A stretch of 64,000 bases of DNA from Cyanobacteria bacterium P01_D01_bin.156 (GCA_039024555.1 JBCCQQ010000016.1:39372-103371); one strand, 5' to 3'; counted from the stretch's first letter, positions 27,682 through 39,052 are shown. Notes: a model not told the origin generated them from the letters alone. A program made the numbers and translations.

Positions 27682-30600
27682 TTAAATCAGCCTTTTTAAG
27701 GTATCTAAAAGTACCTCTTGGTTAAATCGACCTTTGAGAATGTAGGCATCAGCACCCGCTTCAGCACCCCGCTGTCGATCGGCTGTCGAATCTAACGTTG
27801 TTACCAAAATGATTGGTAACTCATCATATTCTCGCTGCTGTCGAATTTTTCTGACTAGGGAGAAGCCATCTAAATAGGGCATTTCCACATCCGATACCAC
27901 TGCATCAAACTCACCGGTTTGGAGCATGTCGTATCCTTCCAAACCATTCGTTGCCGTCACCACTGCATAACCAGCCCCTTCAAACAGGCGTTTTTCCTGA
28001 ATCCGTACCGGGGGCGAATCTTCCACAAGAAGAATACTGGGTTTATGCTGCGAGGCAGATTCAACGGTTGGAGAACTGACAGCAATGGGCTGTTGCTGTG
28101 ATGACTTAAGCAGATCTGACGGATTGAGAATCATACAAATCTCTCCCGTCCCCAATACGGTGGTACCGCTCACGTTACGAACGCGTTTGAGCAGTGCTCC
28201 CATGGGTTTAACAACGATTTCTTGATTATTGAGCAATCGATCAACCAAAAATCCAGCTTGGTTATTCCCCACTTTGAGCACAACACAAGGGCGAGCCCCC
28301 TGACTTTGGGAACTTGAGTCAGCAACCCAGCTGTAAATGGGTGAGTTTGGTAGCTCTAATGTATCGACTAAGTTGCTAACAGGAATTGTCTGATCGCCCA
28401 GCATGATTGTATCTTGCTCATCCTGAGTAACAATCTGTCGGGGAGAAATCAGCAGCGTTGTTTCTAGAAACTCGATGGGGATAGCAAATGTCATACCTTT
28501 GCTTTCTGCTAAAACCACGTTAGCTGTACTTAATGCTGTGCTGATTTGCAGACGAAATGTACACCCTTGCCCTTGGGTCGATTCAATTTGAATAGCGCCT
28601 TTTAATGCTTCCACCTGAGCACGGACTACGTCTAAACCCACGCCTCTACCAGAAATCTCAGTGATAAAACTGCGGGTGGAAAATCCTGGAGCTAAAATCA
28701 GACTATGGATTTGGCGAGTGGTCATAGCTTCAAGTTCTTCAGGGCTATGGAGCTTACGTTTAATCGCTGTTTGTTTAATTTTTTCTGTATCTAGCCCCCG
28801 ACCATCGTCGCCAATTTCAATGGTTAAACTAACCGCTGTCTGATAAATTTTTATTCGCAGATGGGCACCAGCAGGTTTACCTACGGCTAAGCGTTCCTCA
28901 GGTGTTTCTACACCGTGGTCGATGGCATTGCGCACCAGGTGCAGCAACGAATCTTTAATACCCTCTAAGATTCGTTTTTCGGCGGTGGTCTCTTCTCCTT
29001 CAATCACTAGCGCCACATCCTTAGACTGCTCTCTGGCCAGATCACGTACCATGCGCCGTATGGGCTGAAATAGGCTGGATATGGGCAATAGCTGTAGGCG
29101 CCGTACCTGTTCCCTAAGATCTTCAGAAATGAGTTCTAGTTTAGAGTTATTACTTTCGACCGTGGACTTTAGGGTTAGGATTAAATTTTCTAAGCGTTCT
29201 TCATAAGAAAGAACGGAAACGGGCTGCGGCTTGTCTTTGTTTTCTCTCCACTCTTCCCATAGGGAAAACAGTTGCTCGGTCTGAGATAACGTTTGGGAAA
29301 TTTGAATACGGGTAACGGCTAACTCTTCTGCTTGGGTAGTTAATACATCCAAATCGCGAGTTTGAATGCGAATGGTGTCCGTTGGCGCTCCCCTATCCTT
29401 TGACGTCTCAAACGTAGGCGAGGGAACCTCATCGGGAACAGGGAGTATGGGCGAAATCGTCAGGGGAGCATCGGCTACATCAGGAGCCGCAGGTATCGCT
29501 TTTCTGAGGTTCTCTAAAAGTTGCTCAGAATCAATATTAGCTGGATTACCCGTAACAGCTTCATTGATAAAGGTGCCGATAGCGTCCAATCCTGCATAGA
29601 GCTGATCGCTGACGGTTGAATCCAGATCCATCGTCTGCAGTTGAAGACTACTCAGAATATCTTCAAGGGCATGGGCTAAGGCTTCTACCGTATCTACCCC
29701 CGCACTTCTGGCATCACCTTTAAGGCTGTGAACCTCCCGCAGCACCGTAGATAAGGCAGCCTCATCCTTGGCATGCTGCTCTAGGTGCAATAAATTTGCT
29801 TCTAAACGCTGTAGCCGTTCTGTACTGGTAATGCGATAAACTTCACGCAGCTCAGCATCTGCAATGGTGCTAGCCGCTATTGCCGGTATCTCAATAGCCG
29901 CATCGGCCAGAGTGGCAGTACCCAGCTCATCAGCCATATCGGCTGGTTCGACAAGGGGTGTCGTTTCATCCGTGCTCTCAACTAGCCCTTGAGCCCCTAA
30001 CGCCACTAGCAAGACTTCAGCATTGAGGGCCACTTGCTCTAGGGCTTGGTCAATATCAATGCCGCAGGGTTCACCGGACGTAGCTGAGTAAACCAGCTGA
30101 CTGGCGAGGTCTAGTCCCATTTGAAGATAACAACCAATCTCCTCCGTCAGGGGTACGACCTGATTTTGGAGCTGTTTGATCACATCTTCCATGGGCTGGA
30201 TTAAATCCGCCACCGCATTGAGCTCGACCGCTCTAGAATCGCCCTTAAGACTATGGGTTTCTCGTCGTAACAGTTCCAATAGGTCACTATCTGCTGAGCC
30301 GTTCTCTAGCTGATACAGTCCCTGGCCTAGGGATTGCAACCGGTCTTCACTAGTGGTGCGATATATCTCTCGTAGCTCGTCATCTTTGATATAGAGATTG
30401 CTAACCTGAACAATCACTTTTTCGGTTACACCATCAGCTGCCGAAGACGACATTACTGTAGTGATAGCTGCTTTTAAGGAGTCAAGGGTTTGAGCCACAT
30501 CGGAGTCATCAGAACTGCCTGCAACAGCCCCATGAACTAGCTGATCAATGGCGTAGATCCCCTGGCAGAGACAATCGCTAAGGTCGAGCGTAAAGTGAAC

Positions 30601-30840
30601 CTGTTGCTGTTCCAGGGCGTTGACCACTATTTCCAGTTCTTGGAGAACGGTAACAATGGTCTGCAGCCCCATCCGGTCAGCATCGTCTTTAAGACCGTCA
30701 AGCTCTTGGCGAAGATCTTTGAGAACTACTTGACTATGGGGATCTTGCTCTAACTGGAGCAAGCCCATTTGCAGCTTTTGTAGCCGCGCCGCGCTAGTTT
30801 CTTGATAGAGACGGCGGAGTTCTTCATCTTGAGTCATCAT
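27682..30840 (-). CDS. cheA: Hybrid CheA with three Hpt domains and a C-terminal receiver
   Basis: Hpt x3, HLVRNAIDHG, DDGRG, PGFST, ISGRGVGLDVV, then CheW and REC domains. Confidence 0.95.
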   Translation of the reverse strand: MMTQDEELRRLYQETSAARLQKLQMGLLQLEQDPHSQVVLKDLRQELDGLKDDADRMGLQTIVTVLQELEIVVNALEQQQVHFTLDLSDCLCQGIYAIDQLVHGAVAGSSDDSDVAQTLDSLKAAITTVMSSSAADGVTEKVIVQVSNLYIKDDELREIYRTTSEDRLQSLGQGLYQLENGSADSDLLELLRRETHSLKGDSRAVELNAVADLIQPMEDVIKQLQNQVVPLTEEIGCYLQMGLDLASQLVYSATSGEPCGIDIDQALEQVALNAEVLLVALGAQGLVESTDETTPLVEPADMADELGTATLADAAIEIPAIAASTIADAELREVYRITSTERLQRLEANLLHLEQHAKDEAALSTVLREVHSLKGDARSAGVDTVEALAHALEDILSSLQLQTMDLDSTVSDQLYAGLDAIGTFINEAVTGNPANIDSEQLLENLRKAIPAAPDVADAPLTISPILPVPDEVPSPTFETSKDRGAPTDTIRIQTRDLDVLTTQAEELAVTRIQISQTLSQTEQLFSLWEEWRENKDKPQPVSVLSYEERLENLILTLKSTVESNNSKLELISEDLREQVRRLQLLPISSLFQPIRRMVRDLAREQSKDVALVIEGEETTAEKRILEGIKDSLLHLVRNAIDHGVETPEERLAVGKPAGAHLRIKIYQTAVSLTIEIGDDGRGLDTEKIKQTAIKRKLHSPEELEAMTTRQIHSLILAPGFSTRSFITEISGRGVGLDVVRAQVEALKGAIQIESTQGQGCTFRLQISTALSTANVVLAESKGMTFAIPIEFLETTLLISPRQIVTQDEQDTIMLGDQTIPVSNLVDTLELPNSPIYSWVADSSSQSQGARPCVVLKVGNNQAGFLVDRLLNNQEIVVKPMGALLKRVRNVSGTTVLGTGEICMILNPSDLLKSSQQQPIAVSSPTVESASQHKPSILLVEDSPPVRIQEKRLFEGAGYAVVTATNGLEGYDMLQTGEFDAVVSDVEMPYLDGFSLVRKIRQQREYDELPIILVTTLDSTADRQRGAEAGADAYILKGRFNQEVLLDTLKRLI

Positions 30841-30873
30841 GGACCTGAAACACCTGTTAGAACTACGGTCGGG

Positions 30874-32838
30874 CTATACAACTTTTTTCAGGTACATGGC
30901 GGCTTCATTGAGTCTTTCCGTACCCTGTCTTGTCTGGTTCAAGCCGGTGGCCGTTTCTTTGGTGCCTCGATTGATCACCTCCATGGCATTCACAACCTGT
31001 TGAATCGCATCTACCTGCTGTTTTAGGTTGAGAGACACTTGCTGGTTGTTTAATACCACCTGACTAACTGAATCTTTAATATCACCAAAAGCTGACTCGG
31101 TTCGTTTGGAAATTTTCACACCAATTTTTACGGTTTTGGTTCCTTCTTCAGTTACCATCACTGTCTCGTTAATGGATTTTTGAATATTGGACACCAGGTT
31201 GTTGATTTTGTCAGCAGACTGCTGACTTTGGTCGGCTAATTTACGAATTTCATTAGCGACCAAGGCAAACCCTTTACCGTGTTCTCCTGCTCGTACCGCC
31301 TCAACCGATGAGTTTAGGGCCAACATGTTTGTTTGGTTAGCAAAGTCAATGACCAGCTGTGAGACATCACTAATTTGACTGGCAAGACCGCTGAGATTGA
31401 CAATTTTTTCTGCGATCGCGTCTACCTTCTCTTCCAGCAGAAACATCCCTTCCAAACTTTCGCTGACAGTCTGTTCCCCTTCCTCTGAAGTCACCAAAGC
31501 CAGTTTAGCCGCTTCTACAGCTGCAGTTGCCTGTCCAGCCGCATGGCGAGACGACGCTTCCAACTCATCCATAGTCGTGGTGGTTTCATTGACCGAAGCG
31601 GCCTGCTGGTTAGCAATCCGTTCTTGGTCAATCATTGTGGAAGCCATTTCCTGACTAGAGGAGGAAATATCAGCAGCCAGGTATTCAAGCATGCCAATCA
31701 GTTGTCGTCCCCGCAAAACAGCCAGTGGAATCACAATGCCAAGGGACGCTAAAACCGCTAATGCGGCTGACGTTGTAAATGAATTAACAGAGGCTAAAAC
31801 ACTGTCTGACGCAACTTCCGTCACCGCCACTAAGGAACTCGAACCATTCGCTCCGAGTTTAAGCGTTTTATACGCCAATAGCTGATCGTCTAGTTCAATG
31901 GTCCCCTCATTACCATCCAAGAGGCGCTCAGCAACCTCCGCAGGAAACTCAGACGCTAAATTAATCTCTTTGCCTAACTCAAATCCCCATTGTTTATCAG
32001 CCAGGGGATGCGCCAAATAGTACCCATCCGCATTGGTCAATGTCGCTTGTACCCCTTCAAACTGACTCGACGAATCATCCAGATTATCAAGGACAGTATC
32101 TACAAATACAGTGGCAATCACTGCACCCCGTTTTTGACCATTGTCATCAATGACCGGAGAACCGTAGCGAATGACGGGTTGATAAGGGTCTTTAATGGTG
32201 TCACCCTCGCGGTTCAACTCAATGGACGAGATATAGATCTCACCTGAAGACAGCTTCATGGTTTCAATGAAGTCAACGCTATCCCCTCTATTTTGTCGTT
32301 GCTCAGCTGTCAACGCCGTTATCGACCGGGCCTGGGCCGGTTCATCGTTCGCCTCTGATTCACCTGACGCCTGCTCCGTTTCATTGCCACCAGGATTGCG
32401 ATTGGGAGCTTCTGTATTAACTACAATTAGCTGATTGCCTGCTTCATCCAAGTACTGAAGCTCTTGAAAATCTTTTTCGCTGAGCATCGCCGAAAAGATT
32501 TCCTGCAGTTGACTAGCCCACTCAGCATAGGAAATATCACTTGTGGGATCGATGCCATCATTGTTGCGAGCACGCACAATCCCCTGAACAGAAGGCACTT
32601 GACTGAGAAATACAACATCATCATCGGCACTATTTAGAAAAGCCCCAATCTCTTCAATATTTTCTTGAGACTCCTTCTGAATTAGCTTTTCCGCATTCTC
32701 TAGTAGGGAATTACTGGTGGAAATTGTCCCCAAAAAACCCACTACCGATGCTGGAATTGTGGCACTAAACAAAAACAGGAGCAAAAATTGCTGTCTGACT
32801 TTGAGACCTTCAAGCTTATTGGAAACATTACCAAACAT
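30874..32838 (-). CDS. Methyl-accepting chemotaxis protein with periplasmic dCache-like sensor
   Basis: Two TM segments and the [32 protein letters not shown] signalling hairpin. Confidence 0.95.
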   Translation of the reverse strand: MFGNVSNKLEGLKVRQQFLLLFLFSATIPASVVGFLGTISTSNSLLENAEKLIQKESQENIEEIGAFLNSADDDVVFLSQVPSVQGIVRARNNDGIDPTSDISYAEWASQLQEIFSAMLSEKDFQELQYLDEAGNQLIVVNTEAPNRNPGGNETEQASGESEANDEPAQARSITALTAEQRQNRGDSVDFIETMKLSSGEIYISSIELNREGDTIKDPYQPVIRYGSPVIDDNGQKRGAVIATVFVDTVLDNLDDSSSQFEGVQATLTNADGYYLAHPLADKQWGFELGKEINLASEFPAEVAERLLDGNEGTIELDDQLLAYKTLKLGANGSSSLVAVTEVASDSVLASVNSFTTSAALAVLASLGIVIPLAVLRGRQLIGMLEYLAADISSSSQEMASTMIDQERIANQQAASVNETTTTMDELEASSRHAAGQATAAVEAAKLALVTSEEGEQTVSESLEGMFLLEEKVDAIAEKIVNLSGLASQISDVSQLVIDFANQTNMLALNSSVEAVRAGEHGKGFALVANEIRKLADQSQQSADKINNLVSNIQKSINETVMVTEEGTKTVKIGVKISKRTESAFGDIKDSVSQVVLNNQQVSLNLKQQVDAIQQVVNAMEVINRGTKETATGLNQTRQGTERLNEAAMYLKKVV

Positions 32839-33893
32839 AGTTACTAAACGTATGAAATGAGAGGACTAAAACAATAATTAGTAATTCAAGTTGAGAAAGT
32901 AGACCTAAGCTATGCCAGATGCTACAAATCAACTATCTGTAGTCTTAAATAAGGAATACCACTTTACAAACCCATAATGGCGCACTTCTAACGGCAACGA
33001 CAACAGCACAGACTTAGAACAAACGGTAGAATTTATAGATGATCTGCCCTCTTAGCAAAAACTATGTATGGGACACTACATTTAGTTGTTACGCCACTTC
33101 TAAAAAACCAGGACTAGATGCTCAACTCCATCAAATCAAGCTCCAACAGAGAAAGTGGAGCCTACAACAAAACGCAGAAGATAAGGGCCTGTTAAAAAAT
33201 AAATCGTGGTCCTACGGATTTATCAGTCCGGTGGGTGACCAGGCTGAATGTTGTTCGCAGACCTTTTTAATAAAAGACCTTAGCCTGAAACTTATGATTC
33301 TATCTAATGGTTGGAGTAATAATAGTGCAGAGAACGCTAATAACTATCGTTTCTCCGTAAAAATAATAACTTAGTCTTGACTACAATATTCACTGAAGAT
33401 TTTGAATATCAAGACTTATTTATACCTTTTTTAGAATATCTTTATATCAAGCATGTCTGGAACAAGTTTAAGCAAATTCGACAACTTTCCCGGACGGATA
33501 TTCAAGCACTTTGAAGTAGCTAGAAACTACAGAATATTCACGGAGTTGTTTTTGATACAGTGTTTGCACTAAAAACACTGTGATACTAGTTCGTATCTAT
33601 TTTGTTGCACAGCTGCCAATTATAGTTTTAGATCTACTATATTGTTTAGGAGTGCATATCCTATCTCGTAAAATCATATAGTCACTAATCTCTCCAACTA
33701 AGAAATCAGTATTTAATAGTGTCCACAATTTTGCTTGCAGCAAAGTGAGATATTCTTTCTCCTTCAAGCAGGGGATAGCTCGGTACATTATTAAATTGCC
33801 GATTCTACGCCTCAAAACATCGATTCAATTATGTTTGAGCAATCAATGTTTGGCTAGGGCACATCCAGAACCTGACAAATTCTATTGAAATCT

Positions 33894-33982
33894 AGTGTTG
33901 CTGTTCCTTGGGATGATGATAGGTTATCATTTTGCTCCCTTGAACGGTCCTACAAAAGAGCGTTTTATGCTGCAGCAACGGC
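33894..33982 (-). mobile_element. MITE-like inverted-repeat element, copy 5 (reverse orientation)
   Basis: AGTGTTGCTGTTCCTTGGGATG...GCAGCAACGGC. Flanks TGAAATCT/GAAAATCT (6/8). Ends 59 bp before a PatA-like ATG. Confidence 0.65.
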
Positions 33983-34041
33983 GAAAATCTTTCTCAAGAA
34001 ACTAATCTTAAAACCTTTAAAGCTTAGACTCCTTAAATCAG

Positions 34042-35319
34042 ATGGATATCAAAGAGCTAGCCAACCTATTAGAGCTACCCAGCAAGCAGTTTGAGGGACA
34101 TTTAATTCTAAATGATCAGAGAACAACCTGTACTCTCCACTTTTTTCAAGGACGGCTGCTCTATTCTGCCGATAAGTTACATCCAGTTCGATGCTGGAAT
34201 CGTACAATCGGTGAATATTTTCCAAATTTTCACTTGAATACTGACGTTGCCCAGCTGTCACAGAAGCCATATTGGCAGCTATATTTACTCGATCAGGGAT
34301 TTAGAGAACAACAGTTGAGCTTAGTGCGGGCTAAACTCATGCTCCGGGCCGTTGTTCAAGAATGCCTATTTGAGCTTAGTCAGCGCACCCACGTAACCTA
34401 TCAGTGGCAACCGGCACCGCTGCCAATATCTCGTTTATGCAGCACGATTGCCCTTTCACCCTGGGAAATTAAAATGATCATCAACAAAGTTGGTGATATG
34501 CGACGGTCATGGCAGCAGTTGGGGCTGACGGTTCAAAGTCCTAAACTTTCACCAGTCTTAAAGAGCACTATCAACAACCAACGGCTTCCCATTAGTCAGC
34601 AATACCTTAACGGTGAATATACACTGTGGCAGATCGCAACCAAGCTATCTAATCCCATTGATAAAGTTACCAAGTCTCTTATACCTTTTATTCAAAATGA
34701 GAGCTTAGAACTAAAGACGATACCCGATCTCCCTTTAACGGCGGTTCAGCTATCACCACCACCTGTATCGGATATACCTGAACAAACAACAGCTGTAACC
34801 GTACCGCCAGCTCCGGCTAAGATTTCATCATCGGTTATCTCCGCTAGACCCTATGAATTACCCTCATTGCGAACTACCCCTGTAAAATTATCAGCCCCTG
34901 AGCTAGTTCCTCAAACGCCTAAGGCTATACCTGTAAATCGTGATAAACAGCCTCTAATTGCCTGTATTGACGACAGCCCGGTACTTGCCCATAGTCTTAA
35001 AAAAATCTTATCTGAGGGAGGGTACCGCACGCTAATTATTCAAGAGCCTATGCAGGGGTTTGCTCAATTAATTGAGCATATGCCTAGTCTAATTTTACTC
35101 GATGTAATGTTGCCCAATGCTGACGGTTACAACATCTGTCGGTTTTTAAGAGATACCCCCGTCTTTAAAAAGACTCCTATTATTATTCTGACGGGACGTA
35201 GTAAACCTGTTGACCGTGCACGGGCAAGTATGGCAGGCGCAACGGAGTTTTTGGTCAAACCGCCAGAAGCAGATGCACTGTTACAGATGGTAGATAAGTA
35301 TCTTAAGGCTACTTTTTAG
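34042..35319 (+). CDS. PatA-family response regulator (PATAN + REC)
   Basis: N-terminal F.QGRLLY...HPVR.W.R and ECLFEL. C-terminal REC IACIDDSP, LILLDVMLP..DGY and FLVKP. Confidence 0.9.
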   Translation: MDIKELANLLELPSKQFEGHLILNDQRTTCTLHFFQGRLLYSADKLHPVRCWNRTIGEYFPNFHLNTDVAQLSQKPYWQLYLLDQGFREQQLSLVRAKLMLRAVVQECLFELSQRTHVTYQWQPAPLPISRLCSTIALSPWEIKMIINKVGDMRRSWQQLGLTVQSPKLSPVLKSTINNQRLPISQQYLNGEYTLWQIATKLSNPIDKVTKSLIPFIQNESLELKTIPDLPLTAVQLSPPPVSDIPEQTTAVTVPPAPAKISSSVISARPYELPSLRTTPVKLSAPELVPQTPKAIPVNRDKQPLIACIDDSPVLAHSLKKILSEGGYRTLIIQEPMQGFAQLIEHMPSLILLDVMLPNADGYNICRFLRDTPVFKKTPIIILTGRSKPVDRARASMAGATEFLVKPPEADALLQMVDKYLKATF

Positions 35320-35360
35320 AGAAGATATGGGGGGCTAGCCCGAGTTTTTTGGTGCTTTGC

Positions 35361-36107
35361 TTATCCCTCAACCCGGTTACGACCAGCTGCCTTTGCACGA
35401 TATAGGTTTTGATCGCTACGCTTCATCCACGATATCCAATCTTCATTTAATTCTAGGCTTGCCACCCCGACGCTTACCGTAACCGACCGTTCGGAAAAAA
35501 GGGCCAATAGAGAAATTCGGCGGCGTAAGTCTTCGGCTATCTGCTGGCCAATTTCCTGATTGGTTCCATGGAGCAAGACTAAAAACTCTTCTCCTCCCAG
35601 GCGAAAGGCTCTATCCATTTTGCGAGTACGATGCTTAAGTAGCTTACTAATATGGCATAGGACATCATCTCCTACATTGTGACCATAGGTATCACTGATA
35701 TCCTTAAAGTGATCAATATCCAATGTCACTAAAGTCATGGGCACACTGAGCTGTTGAGATTGTTTAATGACCTAGTCTAGGGTTGCCTGTAGCAGTGTCC
35801 GATTTAACAACCCCGTGAGTGGATCTGTTTGAGCACTCAGTAGTAACACCAACAACAGTAAAATGGCAGGCACCAAGCAAAACTGGATGACCCGTATTCT
35901 ATAGTGGTTGCGATGTACAATTGACCAGGCATTAAGCGCAAATATCGCTAGAATCATCCAACAAATGCTACTAATTAAATACCGAGCCACCCCAAAATTA
36001 TGAATGGCAAAGGAGATTACAAAAACCAGGGCCACCAAAGCAAGCCTTAAAAAAGACTTACGAAAAAAGTCAGACAGAGACTGTAGCTGCGTCAGAGACG
36101 AATCCAT
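35361..36107 (-). pseudogene. Membrane GGDEF (GGEEF) diguanylate cyclase interrupted by an in-frame TAG
   Basis: TDPLTGLLNR...QATLD*VIKQSQQLSVPMTLVTLDIDHFK.ISD.YGH.VGD...RLGGEEF. The two track ORFs share one frame, separated by the TAG at 35772-35774. Confidence 0.8.
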
Positions 36108-36924
36108 ACTGAAGCATCGGGTATAGCAATTGGAATGGCTTCTGTTAGATTAGTTCGATAACAGAATCTTGAAACGTGTTAGCTGACAACAGCTAGATCG
36201 CAACCAACGGATACATCCTAGGCAGAGTCTACCCTAAATGGCCATGGGCCAATACAAGATTGACTCGTTGTGACGTAAATGTATAGACATATAATGGTCT
36301 AAACGTATAGTAATCTCGGACAGTGGAATTTACCATAAATTAATCTTGATACTGTTACGCTTCTCTCAAAAAATACATTTTCTATGTAACAATAAATTTA
36401 GCTTATAGCAAAGACATTAAGCCGTTCATAGTGCATTTCTACTGGAATCAATGATTTCTCTTGCTAGTGTGCCTACCTGCTTTAGTAAGTTTTAGCACTA
36501 TTTTTCTGAGTGTTTTGGGTGCCCTGAGACGATAGGGAATTACTCGCTCTGATTCTCTATTGGGTGAAAAATGGTGCATTGCTTTTTCTAAGATAAGATT
36601 TGAGATAACCGTTTAATGGGTAAAGACGGGTCAGCGGCTAGTTTTTACTCACACTTTCAATTATTTTTTGAATTTACTAAGTCAACAAACCATGTGATGA
36701 CAAGCCTTAGCCATACAGGCTAATCTTGTTATTAGCAGAGACCAAGTACTCTGCAAGAAACGCTATAGGCATTTTCTGGCTGTAATTCTCTCTGAGAATC
36801 AGCAGTATTCTATTCTCAATTAATAAGTAGTTAGATATGGTCCTTTTGAGAAGGTACTGCTAACGTCAGTACGGATCTAAGGGATGCACTATATTACTGG
36901 GAATACAGCCTATTAAATTTTTAC

Positions 36925-37015
36925 AGCGTTGCTGCTCCTTGGGATGATTTTATCTGCCAAATCCAGCACTCTGAATGGATGTACAGCTCGGTTTATCCTC
37001 TCAATCAGCAACGGC
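36925..37015 (-). mobile_element. MITE-like inverted-repeat element, copy 6 (reverse orientation)
   Basis: AGCGTTGCTGCTCCTTGGGATG...ATCCTCTCAATCAGCAACGGC. Flanks ATTTTTAC/AATTTTAC (7/8). Confidence 0.7.
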
Positions 37016-37227
37016 AATTTTACAAATAGAATACTTTTAGGGTGATTAGGAGGCAATTTGTGCGCTCAACATCGGCCTTAGCACGTAGATGTTTTGTGAC
37101 CGATGACAGAAGAGGATGCATTATCTACAGTCCTAAAAAAATAAAAGCAACAGTGTTTTATGAGTTCCACAATGGCAACTGACCAAGGGTAATTATATCC
37201 CATAAGACAGAGAGATCGAGAGATAAA

Positions 37228-38577
37228 ATGCATAATTTGTTCGAACTTGTTGTTTTTTTACGTGAAATCGTCAAATCTCCTCGAAATGGTCGAGTTCATA
37301 TTCTTGGAGAGGGTATTGAGTGGTGTATTGACATTATCAATGGCCGACTATTATTTGCCACTCATTCATTTCAATATTTGACGGCGCTGGATACGATCTT
37401 GCCAAGTTTGGGATATGAGGCGGCTTTACCCATTTACTGGAGATTGTTGCAAGCGCCCCAGCATCAACCTCCTAGCAGAAGCGGGGGGCTTAATACCCTT
37501 AACTGGACATCTACGATGGTGGGGGCCTTGATGCAGTACAAGGCGCTGACGTTTGCCCAAGCTGAACATGTTCTAGTTAAGCTGAGCGAGGATACAATGG
37601 AGTCTCTCTTGGGACTGGAAATGGCCACTGTACAGTGGTACCCCATCCCTACGGCCCTATGGCATGCTAGCACCCGTGGTGTAGATATTACGACGTTAGT
37701 GACTCATTTATCTGGGCGACTAAATGCTTGGGAATCCATTTGCGATCGCATCATATCTCCCCACCAACGCCCTTACTGTGACAATCCCGATGATCTGTAT
37801 CAGCCGGTACCACAGGGCTACTTATCTCGAGACATGCTAAAGGCATTAGCACAACTGATGCAGGGTGCCAGTATTCGTCAATTAGCCCAGGCCATCAAAC
37901 AGGATGAAACCAAGCTAGCTCAGCTGTTGTACCCATATGTACAACATCGAGCCATTAAACTCTGGCCTCCAGTGCAGCCTTTGGACAAATTGCCATGGAT
38001 CGCTAACAAAACAAAATCGCGTGCAACAGCTCCCCCTAAAGCTCGCCGTCCCTATGGACGTAAATTTGCCTCTACCACATCTATCAACGGTAGTTCCATA
38101 GCCAACAGAGCATTAGCAACTAACAAAAGTGCCCATACTTCGTCAGCCCCCAAAGACTCTAATTCCCTCAATAAAGACTCACCGAGCAGCTCAAAGTCGC
38201 GTCATTTGATTATTTGTATTGACGACAGTCAGGCGATGTTGGAAACCATTGAAAGCTATTTGGATCCAACTCAGTTCGAACTGGAATTTATTACCGATCC
38301 AGTAGCCTCTGTCTCTAAAATCTGTGCCATGAAGCCTGATTTAGTGCTGATGGATGTTTCCATGCCAAGTATTAATGGACATTCTCTTTGTGAAATTCTA
38401 AAGCGGAGTTACATCTTTAGAGATATTCCCATCATCATGATCAGTAGCAACGCTAGTCCCCTCAGCAAGGCTAAGGCAAAATCTTCGGGTGCGACAGACT
38501 ATTTAGAAAAACCCTTTTCTAAAGTACAACTTGTTGAGGTTCTAAATACATATCTAAAAACCACAGTTTCTTTATAG
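37228..38577 (+). CDS. PatA-family response regulator (PixG/PilG-like)
   Basis: W.I...NGRL.FAT.S, I.SP.QRPY and a C-terminal REC (ICIDDS, PDLVLMDVSMP, YLEKP). First gene of a taxis operon. Confidence 0.9.
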   Translation: MHNLFELVVFLREIVKSPRNGRVHILGEGIEWCIDIINGRLLFATHSFQYLTALDTILPSLGYEAALPIYWRLLQAPQHQPPSRSGGLNTLNWTSTMVGALMQYKALTFAQAEHVLVKLSEDTMESLLGLEMATVQWYPIPTALWHASTRGVDITTLVTHLSGRLNAWESICDRIISPHQRPYCDNPDDLYQPVPQGYLSRDMLKALAQLMQGASIRQLAQAIKQDETKLAQLLYPYVQHRAIKLWPPVQPLDKLPWIANKTKSRATAPPKARRPYGRKFASTTSINGSSIANRALATNKSAHTSSAPKDSNSLNKDSPSSSKSRHLIICIDDSQAMLETIESYLDPTQFELEFITDPVASVSKICAMKPDLVLMDVSMPSINGHSLCEILKRSYIFRDIPIIMISSNASPLSKAKAKSSGATDYLEKPFSKVQLVEVLNTYLKTTVSL

Positions 38578-38686
38578 CGGTTGCATCAGGTTTGAAGAAA
38601 TTGGCTGTAGCATAAATGGGCGCAGTACTCATTAGGGTGGCTATCTGGCGAAAAATACTACTGTAGTAATTGTAAGTAATCAACAC

Positions 38687-39052
38687 ATGGCTAAGAAAAT
38701 TTTGGTAATTGACGATGTTAAATCTGAGCTGGAGCTGATTAGTCACTATCTAGAACAAGCAGGCTATGCGGTAACAGGTTTTGAAAATGGTTTGGAGGCC
38801 TTTGATAAAGCAAAAGTGGATCGTCCAGATGCCATTGTGACTGATTTGGTAATGCCCGACATTACGGGCTTAGAACTCTGTCGTAAACTTAAGAAAGACC
38901 CCGATACAGCCGATATCCCCATTGTTGCTTGTACCACTAAAGGTCGTAAAATGGACCAAAGCTGGGCCAGAAAACAGGGTGTGGTTGGCTATGTCGTAAA
39001 GCCATGTACCGCAGAGCAACTGGTGGAAGCCGTACGATTTGCAACGATGTAG
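38687..39052 (+). CDS. Single-domain CheY-like response regulator (PixH/PilH-like)
   Basis: ILVIDD, PDAIVTDLVMP..TGLELCR, D..WA..QG and YVVKP. Confidence 0.95.
   Translation: MAKKILVIDDVKSELELISHYLEQAGYAVTGFENGLEAFDKAKVDRPDAIVTDLVMPDITGLELCRKLKKDPDTADIPIVACTTKGRKMDQSWARKQGVVGYVVKPCTAEQLVEAVRFATM

Noticed and set aside
33039..34094. Short ORFs 33039-33374, 33597-33815 and 33885-34094
   Set aside because: They lie in an AT-rich divergent promoter region and show no recognisable motifs. One spans repeat copy 5 and overlaps the PatA-like gene. Probably non-coding.
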